Below, piece by piece: positions 1 to 10,600 of a stretch of 26,081 nt of DNA. Under the pieces are notes generated by a model, which saw only the letters and a program-made list of their open reading frames with translations, made no database searches and was not told where the DNA came from. Made by a program: the position numbers and the translations under genes. Positions within the stretch are counted from its first letter, which is position 1; each line of letters starts with the position of its first letter. Source of the DNA: an uncultured virus (IMG/VR IMGVR_UViG_3300044732_003010) (taxonomy: Duplodnaviria > Heunggongvirae > Uroviricota > Caudoviricetes); IMG/VR virus record IMGVR_UViG_3300044732_003010, positions 62,001-88,081 of that record; one strand, written 5' to 3'.

Positions 1-1
1 C

Positions 2-193
2 GGGCAACTATTTGTTAAAACAGAAAGAAGTCTTACAAGGCTAAAATCTACCGAATTAGTAGCACTTGCAAGCAAAATAGGACTAATTACTTCAACCATT
101 AACGGGAAAACGTTAGGTTACACCAAAGATCAATGGATTGATCTACTGTTACAGTATTCTCATCTATCATTAAATGACAATGCAATGTCCTAA
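2..193 (+). CDS. 3' part of a gene truncated by the window edge; C-terminal Rho-N/HeH-like helix-loop-helix segment
   Basis: Frame 2 is open from the window start to TAA at 191-193: ...LTRLKSTELVALASKIGL...YTKDQWIDLLLQY...; not in the ORF track. Confidence 0.5.
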   Translation, partial: GQLFVKTERSLTRLKSTELVALASKIGLITSTINGKTLGYTKDQWIDLLLQYSHLSLNDNAMS

Positions 194-377
194 ATGTCAA
201 TCACAGAAAATCTCTAAAAAAGGGTTCTCTGTGTCAGGAAAACAGAGATACCGATGCAAGGATTGCAATCATCATTTTACTGGTAATCCGGCAGGAAAAC
301 CCCCCCACACTGATTCAATGACTAACGCCGAAAGATGTCGTCGTTATCGGTTGAAAAAAAAACAAAAAAACACTTGA
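174..377 (+). CDS. Small Zn-ribbon protein (InsA N-terminal-like CxxC...CxxC) with a basic tail
   Basis: CPKCQS..KKG...GKQRYRCKDC motif followed by MTNAERCRRYR; no transposase catalytic ORF nearby. Confidence 0.6.
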   Translation: MTMQCPKCQSQKISKKGFSVSGKQRYRCKDCNHHFTGNPAGKPPHTDSMTNAERCRRYRLKKKQKNT

Positions 378-410
378 CATACAAACATATACCTGTCATT
401 ATAGGTATAT
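374..410 (+). promoter_or_regulatory. Putative sigma70-type promoter with an overlapping inverted-repeat operator
   Basis: TTGACA at 374-379; inverted repeat ATATACCT-N8-AGGTATAT at 387-410 over the expected -10; AAGGAG RBS before ATG 435. Confidence 0.55.
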
Positions 411-434
411 ACCAAAAAACCAAAGGAGTTCACG

Positions 435-1070
435 ATGACCGAAAAACTACCCAATCAAGTCGCATTAGAAATGGTGAACTTACCAGCAGGTGAGTTTCTC
501 ATAGGCTCTCCTGATAGTGATCCCGATGTTCAAAATCATCAAAAGCCTTCACACCAAGTTAAAGTCAACAGTTTTGCGATTGGCAAATATCCGGTGACTC
601 AGGAACAATATCAAGCAGTAATGGGAACCAATCCCTCTCACTTTAAAAATAATCCCCAAAATCCGGTAGAACAGGTTAGTTGGGACGATGCTAGAGCTTT
701 TTGTCAGAAATTGAGTCGAATAACCGGTAAAACCTATCGCCTACCCACAGAAGCGGAATGGGAATATGCTTGTCGAGCAGGTACAACTACTACATATTAT
801 TTTGGTGATGATGCTAATCAGTTAAGAGATTATGCTTGGTATAGCGAAAATTCTAATGACACAACTCATCCCGTAGGACAGAAAAAGCCCAATGGTTGGG
901 GACTGTATGACATGAGTGGTAATGTTTGGGAGTGGTGCGAAGATAGTTGTCTGCGCGGCGGTTCTTGGTTCATCAATCCGAGGTACTGTCGCAGTGCGGT
1001 TCGTTTCTGGCTCTTCCCCGGCTTCCGCTTCAACTTCAGCCTCGGTTTTCGAGTTGTCTGCGACAATTAG
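435..1070 (+). CDS. Formylglycine-generating-enzyme (FGE-sulfatase/CLec fold) domain protein; probable DGR target protein
   Basis: Motifs PVTQEQY, PVEQVSWDDA, YRLPTEAEWEYACRAG, PNGWGLYDMSGNVWEW, RGGSW...GFRV; C-terminal codons show an NNC bias. Confidence 0.9.
   Translation: MTEKLPNQVALEMVNLPAGEFLIGSPDSDPDVQNHQKPSHQVKVNSFAIGKYPVTQEQYQAVMGTNPSHFKNNPQNPVEQVSWDDARAFCQKLSRITGKTYRLPTEAEWEYACRAGTTTTYYFGDDANQLRDYAWYSENSNDTTHPVGQKKPNGWGLYDMSGNVWEWCEDSCLRGGSWFINPRYCRSAVRFWLFPGFRFNFSLGFRVVCDN
951..1064 (+). other. Putative DGR variable region (VR)
   Basis: Between GGSW and GFRV the variable positions are TTC ATC TAC GTT TTC CTC TTC GGC TTC TTC AAC TTC AGC CTC, all derivable from AAC/AAT/GAC by changing adenines only. 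Confidence 0.65.
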
Positions 1071-1096
1071 TCAGTTATCAGTTATCAGTTGTCAGC
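1071..1096 (+). repeat. Short tandem heptamer repeat (TCAGTTA)n, cyanobacterial STRR-like
   Basis: tcagtta tcagtta tcagttg tcagc directly after the stop codon. Confidence 0.6.
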
Positions 1097-1117
1097 AACG
1101 AATCAACGGGAGTAATT

Positions 1118-1486
1118 ATGCTATCATTTCAAGAGTTTCAAGAACAAGTTTTGAACGTTCTTAGTCCAAGTGAAAGAGAATGTAAGTTTTGGAAAAGTTG
1201 CTCAAGTTTCTCGGCAGATATTAATTATCATGGCGTAGAATATGTATCTTTTCAGGTAAGATACATAATAGACGAGAAAAACTGCAATTGCGGGCAGTGG
1301 TTTATTCAAAAAACTTACACGCAAGAATGTAACACTTTTTCGGATTCTTTAACTCAAGGCATAGAAACTATTGGTAAACAAACCACAGAATGTATTAACG
1401 GTGAGTTACAAGTTTTTTTTAAAATTCAAAAAGGATGGAGAAACGTTAAATTTAAAGAATTGTTTGAGTCTTTAATGATAAATTAA
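1118..1486 (+). CDS. Hypothetical protein (122 aa)
   Basis: GGGAG RBS before ATG 1118; the ORF-track start at 947 overlaps the FGE gene and is unlikely. Confidence 0.65.
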   Translation: MLSFQEFQEQVLNVLSPSERECKFWKSCSSFSADINYHGVEYVSFQVRYIIDEKNCNCGQWFIQKTYTQECNTFSDSLTQGIETIGKQTTECINGELQVFFKIQKGWRNVKFKELFESLMIN

Positions 1487-1539
1487 TATCTCACCACGAG
1501 ACATAAGAGTTGACTATCCGTAATCGGTTAGTCTAAAGT

Positions 1540-1578
1540 TGCTATAATAGCTGTAAGTTATCCTTACAGCTATTTTTT
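1540..1578 (+). promoter_or_regulatory. Extended -10 element overlapping a perfect 12-bp hairpin with T tail (terminator and/or operator)
   Basis: TGCTATAAT at 1540-1548; AATAGCTGTAAG-TTATC-CTTACAGCTATT at 1546-1574 followed by TTTT, just before ATG 1580. Confidence 0.55.
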
Positions 1579-1579
1579 A

Positions 1580-1978
1580 ATGATTAACTGGAATCTAGGA
1601 AGACAATTAGCCATTGAGTCTTTTAATGAAATGGTGGGCGAATTTGCCCAAGAGATTAACTTTCAGATAAAAGATACTAAATGGAACTGGCCACGGGAGA
1701 CTGTACGAAAAAATGGCGGTGTAGTTGGCTCACCCCGGGACATTGTAGATACAGGTGAGCTAAAAAATAGCCAATTTATTGAAGATGTATCAGATACCTA
1801 TAAAGTAATCGGGTACACGGCTGATCATGCCGCTCTTGTCCATGAAGGGTATCAAATAGAGCGTAACGATGGGACGGTGACAGATGTTCCCGCCCGCCCA
1901 TTTATCGACACGGCTATAGAAGACTATAATCCAATTGAGGCTTATAGTGAAATCTTAAAGGAAAAATTAAATGAGTGA
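1580..1978 (+). CDS. Phage tail completion/neck protein (HK97 gp10-like)
   Basis: DIVDTGELKNS, HAALVHEG and PARPFI motifs; position upstream of tail genes. Confidence 0.75.
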   Translation: MINWNLGRQLAIESFNEMVGEFAQEINFQIKDTKWNWPRETVRKNGGVVGSPRDIVDTGELKNSQFIEDVSDTYKVIGYTADHAALVHEGYQIERNDGTVTDVPARPFIDTAIEDYNPIEAYSEILKEKLNE

Positions 1979-2420
1979 ATCAGAATTAAGAGATATTTTA
2001 TTAAGCATTAGAAACAATTTAAAGATACTTATCGGCGCTGACTTAGGTAAATACGAAATAACAAGCCCTACAGGGCAAAATTTAAAAGAAATTGATGCTA
2101 TTTGGGTAGAGCCTCCTGAATTACCCCCTAACTATAAAGTAAAACCTAATAGCGGCATCGAAGCAATTATTCAAAGAGAGCCTAATCCTTATCACGAAAA
2201 TTTACTAGGATATACCGTAGGTATAAATAACTATTACATTACCCTAAAACAGTACAATCTAGAGAAATCCTTAACACCGGTGATCGAGAGACTTAAATCA
2301 TCTCGCTACTGGAATTTTCTAGATCAGCCGCGCCTAACCCCCTACACCAAAACCTCTGAGGGGATTATCAGACCAAAAGCGACCTTTAAAATCACTACTG
2401 CTAGGCTTTTAGACTTCTAG
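1971..2420 (+). CDS. Phage structural protein, probable tail terminator
   Basis: 149 aa, overlaps the upstream gene, lies between the gp10-like gene and the major tail gene (synteny only). Confidence 0.5.
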   Translation: MSESELRDILLSIRNNLKILIGADLGKYEITSPTGQNLKEIDAIWVEPPELPPNYKVKPNSGIEAIIQREPNPYHENLLGYTVGINNYYITLKQYNLEKSLTPVIERLKSSRYWNFLDQPRLTPYTKTSEGIIRPKATFKITTARLLDF

Positions 2421-2482
2421 AGTACACATTTACTAATCTTTTATAGTACAATATAACTAGAAAAGTTTAGTCAGTGATTAGA

Positions 2483-3214
2483 ATGTCGAATCAAATTCTA
2501 GAGTTAAATCGGAGTGACAACCTCACCCCTAGCCGTGATACGCAATTTTTTATTTCTGGTGCTTACGGATTTGGACAAGAACCTTCCACACGAGTAGCCG
2601 ATTTAGGTGGTGCAATCGTCTTAGGTGATACCACTCTTACCGTGGCGACTGGGGGTTTTGGCCGAATTTTATATGCTGGCACTTTAATTTATGTGGGGAC
2701 TGCCGGTGATTATGTGGTCGTCCGAACAAAAACGACGACAGCAACCCAGACAGCAATCCAGATCGAACCTTCCAAAATTGCTGCTACCCTTGCTACTCCC
2801 GCTCAAAAATGCACAATTAAATCTTGGGTTCCTTTTTTGAGCGCCAAGACCTTTAACGTTGACACCTCCTCTACTGAGGTTACTGATTCCGTCTTTGGTG
2901 AAATGGCGGTGGAGAAATTTATCTCTGAGATCATGAGTACTGGGTCGGTATCGGGTCCGCTTGTATTTGGTGATCCTGGATATGAAATCGTAAAGGCCGC
3001 AGAGCAAAAAGGTGAGCGAATTTACCTCGAAATTGTCTATATGGGACAGCGCGGAGGTTTAGGGTTTCAGACAAATGTTAGCCAAAATGTTAGTGGTGAA
3101 AAAGGTAATTTCCTACAAGGAAACGTAACTCTAACTATTAGTGGCAATGTGTTTGACATTAAACCGATGGCAACGTCGCCATTCTCTCCTAATGTAGCTG
3201 ATGACCTCAATTAA
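2483..3214 (+). CDS. Probable major tail (tube) protein
   Basis: ~243 aa, T/G/S-rich, beta-strand character, upstream of chaperones and tape measure; ATG 2483 preferred over GTG 2474. Confidence 0.65.
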   Translation: MSNQILELNRSDNLTPSRDTQFFISGAYGFGQEPSTRVADLGGAIVLGDTTLTVATGGFGRILYAGTLIYVGTAGDYVVVRTKTTTATQTAIQIEPSKIAATLATPAQKCTIKSWVPFLSAKTFNVDTSSTEVTDSVFGEMAVEKFISEIMSTGSVSGPLVFGDPGYEIVKAAEQKGERIYLEIVYMGQRGGLGFQTNVSQNVSGEKGNFLQGNVTLTISGNVFDIKPMATSPFSPNVADDLN

Positions 3215-3482
3215 AATAGTTAAACTCCTTGTCGATGAAGACCAAGAGGTAATGTTAGTCAATTCTAGAATAATCAATAATTACCTCTGGTTTTCTTTCG
3301 GTACGTTTGATCGAGAAATAAGTCAACAAGAAAAGATATTAATTGAACCACCAGACGGAACAAAAAACCAAGAAAGAATACAGGTATCTGTGATCATTGA
3401 TCCTCTGTGGCTCAATACTGAACAAAGTGCAAAAAGAAATCAAAAGGTAAAAATAAATGGCGAAGTTAAGCGTATTGGGTAA
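3201..3482 (+). CDS. Hypothetical tail-module protein
   Basis: 93-aa ORF overlapping both neighbours in the operon. Confidence 0.6.
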   Translation: MTSIKIVKLLVDEDQEVMLVNSRIINNYLWFSFGTFDREISQQEKILIEPPDGTKNQERIQVSVIIDPLWLNTEQSAKRNQKVKINGEVKRIG

Positions 3483-4239
3483 ATTGAAGTTTAATGAAAC
3501 ATTCTTTTTCCCTTTAAAAAAAGAATGGATTTGTTACATTGAAGACAATGATGCTTTATTAGAAAAGATAGATACAATTGCCACTGAAGAAAATGGGGAA
3601 ATTGGGATTAAGTTTTTAAAACGATACGGGATTAATCCAAAGGAAAATGAAACAGTCAAGGAATACTTAGAGGCACGGGAAAAAGCTGACAAAGCTTATC
3701 TTGAGAAAATTAAAGCTATCGGGCAAAAAACGGGACTATCCACTGCTGAAATTGAAGGAGTAGTAGTTAACGACGGTTCGATCCGAGAACGAATTGAACA
3801 GGTCATGGTTGATGCCCTTGACGGGGTAAAATCTGACAGCGTAGAACAAAAAGTAGAAACCGCCGCTATCGTGCAGCAATCAATTTTAAGCAACCGTAAA
3901 AAAACAAGAGAACTAACAAAAGAATCTATAGAACTTGTAGAGCCTTATCTCGATGAATTAAACGCTTTATTTAAGGATCGGGAAACAACCTATGAAACTT
4001 ACAATAGAGCCTTGTTAGCTAACTTTCTAGGTAGTCCTCGACGGGTAGTTAAACTTAAAGATAAATCTTCTGTTGATTTCACCATACAAGACATTAATGA
4101 TATGTCTCAATTTATGGTAATAAAACTCTATCAAGACTATCTCTGGCAAGACATAACCCAGTGGCAAAACCCAGAAACTGAGAAACTGGAAGAAAAACCA
4201 GAATCAGAACCAACGGAGGACGACGAAAAAAACGAATAG
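3457..4239 (+). CDS. Tail assembly chaperone (lambda gpG-like)
   Basis: Acidic helical 260 aa upstream of the tape measure gene, ending in slippery GAA AAA AAC GAA TAG. Confidence 0.75.
   Translation: MAKLSVLGKLKFNETFFFPLKKEWICYIEDNDALLEKIDTIATEENGEIGIKFLKRYGINPKENETVKEYLEAREKADKAYLEKIKAIGQKTGLSTAEIEGVVVNDGSIRERIEQVMVDALDGVKSDSVEQKVETAAIVQQSILSNRKKTRELTKESIELVEPYLDELNALFKDRETTYETYNRALLANFLGSPRRVVKLKDKSSVDFTIQDINDMSQFMVIKLYQDYLWQDITQWQNPETEKLEEKPESEPTEDDEKNE
4227..4233 (+). other. -1 programmed ribosomal frameshift heptamer A AAA AAC
   Basis: X XXY YYZ pattern in the correct phase; the -1 frame is open from 4233 to 4685. Confidence 0.8.
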
Positions 4240-4685
4240 ATGACGCAATTAATGCACGGTTAGAGGCAATCGCTAACCCCATTAATTGGGAAGAAATCTA
4301 TTACAAATGGTGTGCATGGGGATTATCTATCGAGGAGTGGGAAGATTGGCCAGACTGGTTAATCCTGAAAAAATATTCAGGGATTCAAAAAGTCAAATGT
4401 GAAGAAATTAATTCACTATCAGGTACGGTTAGTCAGATTGCTGCCATGGTTCACGCCTACCTAATAGCACAATCTAAAGAAAGTTCTAAGTCACAAAGTC
4501 TTAATCCTAGTGATTTTCTGCCTTACCAGTTTAAAGAAAATAAAAAATATTTTCTTGATCAAGAAACCGCTCAAATCCTGTTAGAAGCTATGCAAGCCGG
4601 CCAAGTGCCAGTCTTCGCCACTCAGATAATAGTCGATTGCGGACTATACGACGAAATAATTCAATTAGTAGGGGAGAAAAGCTAA
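4233..4685 (+). CDS. Frameshift extension (gpT-like) of the tail assembly chaperone, giving a G-T fusion 3457-4685
   Basis: RIDDAINARLEAIANPINWEEIYYKWCAWGLS... continues without a stop into ORF 4446-4685; no ATG in the first 71 codons. Confidence 0.8.
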   Translation, partial: RIDDAINARLEAIANPINWEEIYYKWCAWGLSIEEWEDWPDWLILKKYSGIQKVKCEEINSLSGTVSQIAAMVHAYLIAQSKESSKSQSLNPSDFLPYQFKENKKYFLDQETAQILLEAMQAGQVPVFATQIIVDCGLYDEIIQLVGEKS

Positions 4686-7600
4686 TGTCTTTATCACTTG
4701 GTACTTTAGAAATCGGTCTAGGGCTAAATACAGCCCAATATGATAGCGGCATCAAATCGGCTAAAGACCAGCTTTCTTCCCTAGAGCGTCGTGTCACTAA
4801 ACTTGGCACGACTCCACTAAAAATTAAAGTTAGCGTCGATGACCGTCAGCTTTATGGGCTAAATAGTCATTTACTTTTAAAAAGAGTTGACCTTAAAAAG
4901 ACAGTTGATTTTTATAAAGCAAATCCTATTAAAGTATTTGCTGAAGATGACGCATTAGTTTCTCTTAACCAAGAGTTGCGTGAATTAAAAAAAACATCAG
5001 TAGAGATAAGAACACCTTCTAAAATTGTTGTTGAGCATCGGTTTTCTGGGTATCAAGATCGGGTAGAGAAAGCGATTGATCGATCTACTTCTCGAATATC
5101 GTCAGAAATTAGAATATCCTCTAGCAAAGGAGGCGTTGCAGGCGCAATTGGCCGTATTTTAATGTCTCCTTTTAAACTTGCGGGACGAGTTCTTGATGAC
5201 ATGGTTACTGGTTATTTCGAGAAACTAGGTCAATCCTTTGCAGAAGAGATAGGCGTAACATCAGCTAAAAATACAGCTAAAAAAATTAAATCCGCAATAA
5301 CAAAAATTGATGAACAATTAATTGGTAAAAACCAAGTATATGAAACGTTTTTATCGGAATTTTTTAGGTCAGGAAGTATAGAAAAAGCTACACAAGCTTC
5401 TTTTCCTCGCACCGAAGTAGGTAAAACTACAGAAAGACTTCAAAAATTACAAGAAATCGCATTAGTGCCTGCAAATAAACCACTGGAGCGTCTGAGATTA
5501 ATTAAAGAAAATTCTGAGTTAAATAAAATTTATCAACAAGTATTACAAAAAATAGAATCGGAAAATCCTGGTATTAAGCCGCGAGAAGCGGGGAAAAAAG
5601 CCATGGCTCAGTTTTTAGTTGACGCACAGCCACAAACACAAGTATTAAAAGGATTTGTTAATTCTTTTATTCAAGAAATGGCTCCTTTATTAAAATTTAT
5701 ACAAGGGATGAGGTCTTATAGAACATCAGTAGAAAGCCAAAAATATTACAACGAAAGAAAAGCAGGTTTTCCATTACTAAGAGAGGGGGAAGATGTAGTT
5801 AGTGTCATTGGAGGAGCGCAATTTAAGGGAGGTCAGGGTGGCAGACAAGTTGTTCAATCAATTGAATTATTAGCTCCTAATAAACGATTTATTCCTGTAG
5901 AAAATCCTGAAACTGATACTGATAAACAAAACCCTAATCTTTTAGAAAAAATGATTAGGGATAAAATAACTGAGATTGCCCCTGATTTTGCTGCTGGAGA
6001 AACCATAGATACAGCAATTAACGCTTTTCGGCAGGTAGTAAACGCTATTAACCCGTTCGGTTATTCTACGGCCGCAGCGCAAGCAATAGCCAATACCAGA
6101 TTAGCTGAAGAACAGGGTAAAAAAGGCAGTGTTGTTAGCTATTCTTTAGGAGGAGCAGATAACCTTCAGTATGCTCAAACAGCATCATATTTAGGAATGC
6201 AGCCACACGCATTAGCCATGGCTTATCCCTTTCTTAATTTTACTCAAAATACACCTAAAGGATTTAATGCAGCATTACTGAGTGGCGACCCTCTCGGTTT
6301 TGCCAAGTTATTAGGAATTGGAGTCAATACTAACCAATTCCGCTCGATTGAAAGTAATACTCCTTTTGGGCTATCAAATCACCACCAAAAACATTTATTT
6401 AAAGAACAACCTTTTCTAGATTTATTTTATAAGACTATTAATGCTGAACAGCCAGATATGACCCCAGGTCAACAATCAAAAGTTGTTCATGCCGGCGATA
6501 AGCTATATGAAGTATTGGGATCGACTCTACAATTAAAGTCACTTAAAGAAACAGGGGAATTTGATAAGACTCTACCTTATCATAGATTCTTGCAAGGATA
6601 CAGCAGTGGCAGTCCTAACGTAAGCGTAGAAGGATTTATTGCAAAGTTTTTTGAAGGGCTTCGTCTTATATCTTCTTTTGATACAAAAGAATTACAGCCT
6701 GTGTCACAAGCTTTAAAAAGTTTAATGGAACCTTTAATTCCATTTATAGCTAAAAAATTTAGACAAGGGGGTGCAAATTTACCAGAAAATCCTCAAGATT
6801 TTGCCGGGTATCAAAAATATCAACAAGAAGCAAAAAGTATAAACAGAGCATTATTAGAATTTAAATCAGGAAAACTTGCTGATACTCCTAGCTGGTATGC
6901 TGGAAATTTAGAGCCTAATGAAGTTAAAAGACGGACAGAAAAGATTAGAACCGAAACAATACCGTGGTTTACTTCTGAAGAAAGTACGTTTGGGCAAACT
7001 TACACAAAAAAAATTGTTGAAGCATACAAAAAAATAGCTGATGTTGCTGATGAATTTATTAAGACAGGAGGAAAACTATCGCAAAAAACCAAAGACAGTA
7101 TAAAAACTTTTGAAGTTGATGAGTTTTCTGGGGAATTAGCAAGTTTTTTAAATACACGCCTTGACACATCAACACTACCAAAAGAAGAAGAAGTAAGACA
7201 ATTACAGGTTACTGTTCCTGAAATTTTTCTGAAAAAGCAATCAGCTATTTTAGCTTACAACAAACTTCTTAACGCCGTAGGTAAAGAAATTCTTCCTGGT
7301 ATTTCTGAAATCAAAAAAATTGGTGCAGGAATGTCTGGAGCCGTTGCTCTTCTTTCAGATAATCTTGTTTATAAAACTGATCTTGACCCAATAGGAGCGA
7401 CAAAAATTGCGTCAGAAGATGAAATTAAGGCTTATGAGAAATTACAAGGTCGTTTGTCTCCTTTATTGTACAAAGCAGTTCCAGGTCAGGCTTTAATTAC
7501 TGAAAGAACACAAGGTCGTCCTTTAAAAGAAATACTTGATCGAATTGCACGTCCTTACAAAGAAATTCAGCAAAAAATACAGGAAGCTAATAAAGCATTA

Positions 7601-10600
7601 GAGTTAGCCATAGACAACAAAGATGCGACTAAAATCAAAGAGCTAAAAGTATTAACCAAAGAATTACAATCGTCTGCCAAAAAAGAACACAATCGTTTTA
7701 ATAAGGCCGCATCTATTCTATATCAACAAGTAGGACAACTTGGAGCATCCTTACAGGAAATGGGTGTTGTTCATAATGATTTAGCTGCAGCAAATGTATT
7801 TTTTGCACAAGGTGGAATTACTTCAATTGATCTCGGAAATGCAAAGGTTGATCCGACTAGCAGTGATAAATTTAACGATAAAATTACTACTATTCAGCGA
7901 GCAATTATTGATTCTAGCTATTACGGATTGATGGATCCTTTTAAAATAATAGGCGCAGTTCAATCTGGCTACTCAAAACCTTTTGCTACTCAAGTTTCTG
8001 ATTCTAATGCCAGACAAAAATCAGCCATTATCCCTCAGAAAAGAGAAATTAATGAAACTCTTCTTTCCCCTGTAGTAACAGGAAAAGCAATTTCATTAGG
8101 TTCATATACACCAACTTTATTAAAGCAAATCGTTGGTGATTTTTCTTTGCCTACTAAAGAAACTGTTTTCGCAAAAATAGATACTCCCGAACAAAAAAAA
8201 GAACAACCAATTCTAGATAATCAACCACAAAAACTTAATGATTTAGCTGCTACAGCTAAATCAAAATTAGAAGATGTTTTAGCTTCACGACTTGGTACTC
8301 CTGATAAATCGGGAGAAATTCAGCACCTTAGCGGGAATGAAGATTTTGCAGAATTACTACAATTAACTCTTGTAAGAGAATTAAAAACAGCAAGCCTTCT
8401 ACTTTCAAAAGCTTTCCGAGACACATCTCTTGACGTTATTAAATTTGGCCAGGTTGTTTTTACAGTCTTAAAAGCGATCGAGCGTCCAGTAATGGCTTTA
8501 CCTGGTGCTGCAATAGGTAAAAAAGCTATTCAGGTAGGGGGAACGGCTGCTATGGGAGCCGCCGCTCTCCACGCTCTCCCGATGGGGCTAGATGCCACGG
8601 TTGTCAATACTATGCGAGATATTCTTGCAGGGGCGATGAGTGCTGGCGGTCGGGGAATGGTCCAAGCCGTAGCCACACAAATGACTCAAGCTTTTAGCGG
8701 CTTGCCGTTTGGAGTGGGACAACAGCTAACGGAAGCAGTAGTGCAGCTTGTAACCGAAATAACTAACGGCACTATCAGCGTCCTATCGCAGGGGGGAGCA
8801 GTTGCTGGATCGGCGTTAATGGCCGGTGAAGGTGTTAAGAGACTCTTAGGAGCGGCTACCAGTAATGTTCCTAAATTAATTAGCAAAGAAGAACAGCAAA
8901 AAATTGAGGGTAAAACCCAGAAAGCATTAAAAGCGGCAAAGAATAAAGCTGATTCTTTGATTACCACTGAAATAACTCCATATTTCGATGAGAGAGTCTT
9001 CCCAGCAAGTAACCCTATTCCAGCTAACATCAAGGCAATTAACCCAGAATATTACACGGTAAAACAATTACGAGGATTGGCCAGAAATCAGGGAATTGAC
9101 GTACCAGCATCAGGAGCAGGAGCCAGAAAAGAGGAAATATGGAAATCGTTGACTGAAAAATTTAACCCTGATCAGCTAACTCGACTTTTACTAACAACAA
9201 AAGCAAGTGATAGAACAAAATTAGGGAAAAAAGAACTTAGTGGATTCCAGGTTGCATCTACAGAAATTCCTGCTGATTTTACTAAGAGAATTGGCATTGG
9301 CATAAAAAACATTGGTCAAGAAATTAATACTACTAAAGATATCCAATCTTTAGAACGTCTTTATTTTCAATTAGAAAAAGTTAAAAAGGGAATTACAGCG
9401 TTAAGAGCTAATCCTGAATTTAACACAACAAATATTAATAAATCATTAAGTGGCTTTTTACAGTCAGTTGATAATTTACAGACACAAATTCTTGCTAAAG
9501 GTGGTTTGGAGTCAGGGAAAAATCTCAACAAAGGTTTAGCTAAAGGATTAAAAGATACTAGCGCAAGCGACATCGCCTATCAAAACGCTCTTAAAATAGT
9601 AGATCAAATTGATAAAGGGCTGGGAAATGCTTCACCATCTTGGAAGGGGGAAGAATCGGGAGAAAATTTTATTAAAGGTGTGGCAATTGGAATAGAAAAA
9701 GGAATTTCTTCTTTTGATTTTCAGAGTTTAGCTAGTGAAGTTGTTAAAGGATTTGAATCAGGGTTGTCACTTGGCGATATTGAAAAAATTATTCAATCTT
9801 ATTTTGATGTAAATATTCCTAACTTAAAAGATTTAGCTGTTGAAGCGAAAATGATGGGGTGGGAAGGTAAACCAATTGACGGGCTACTAGAAAAAAAATT
9901 AAGCAAATTCCCTCTATCAAAAACTTTTACTCCTGTTGAACCCCCAAAAAATAATATTATTTCTTATCCTACCCCTACACGATTAATTGAATCAAACTTA
10001 CCATCGGAAAATGCGTTAGCTTCTGCTAGTATTAGACTCAAGCAATTATCTAATTTTTACGCTGGACATAAAACAGCTTTTGCAAATCTCAAAGCTATTT
10101 TAACACAAGGAATAGACCCTACTTTTAATCAATGGAGTTTAAGAAGAGACAGATTTGATTTTGAAAAACAAGTTTTCAAAGAACCTGTTGCTTATAGCGC
10201 AATTAACTCTTTTTCCGAACCGATTAAAGGAAATGATTACTATGGCGATGCTGAAATAATGCTCGATATAGCAAAAATTGCCAACCGATCAACATTTACT
10301 AGAGGTGACTCTGGTGCTTTTTGGAGAAATCCAAGCGAGATAATAACAAATCCTTTGTCTAGCTTTACACCAGACCAATACAATCGCAGACCTAATGAGA
10401 TACTTGAATACCTTGAGGTTCAAACTACTGGCAAAATTGATCCGTCTGATTTTTTAGGGATTAATTTAGGCGATATAGAAGAAAAGTACAATATTTATGG
10501 ACGCAAACTCATTGAAGTTATTGCATCTTCTTTAAGTGCTGGCGTTCCAGTATTCGCAAAAAACCTTGAAGCGATTAGTTCGATGTTTTCCAGTGAGGGC

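Noticed and set aside
174..377. IS1 element
   Set aside because: Only an InsA-like Zn ribbon is present; no InsB/DDE frame or terminal inverted repeats seen.
866..1164. ORFs 866-1066 (-), 916-1164 (+) and the 947 start
   Set aside because: They overlap the FGE gene; the GC-rich, A-poor variable region suppresses stop codons and creates spurious frames.
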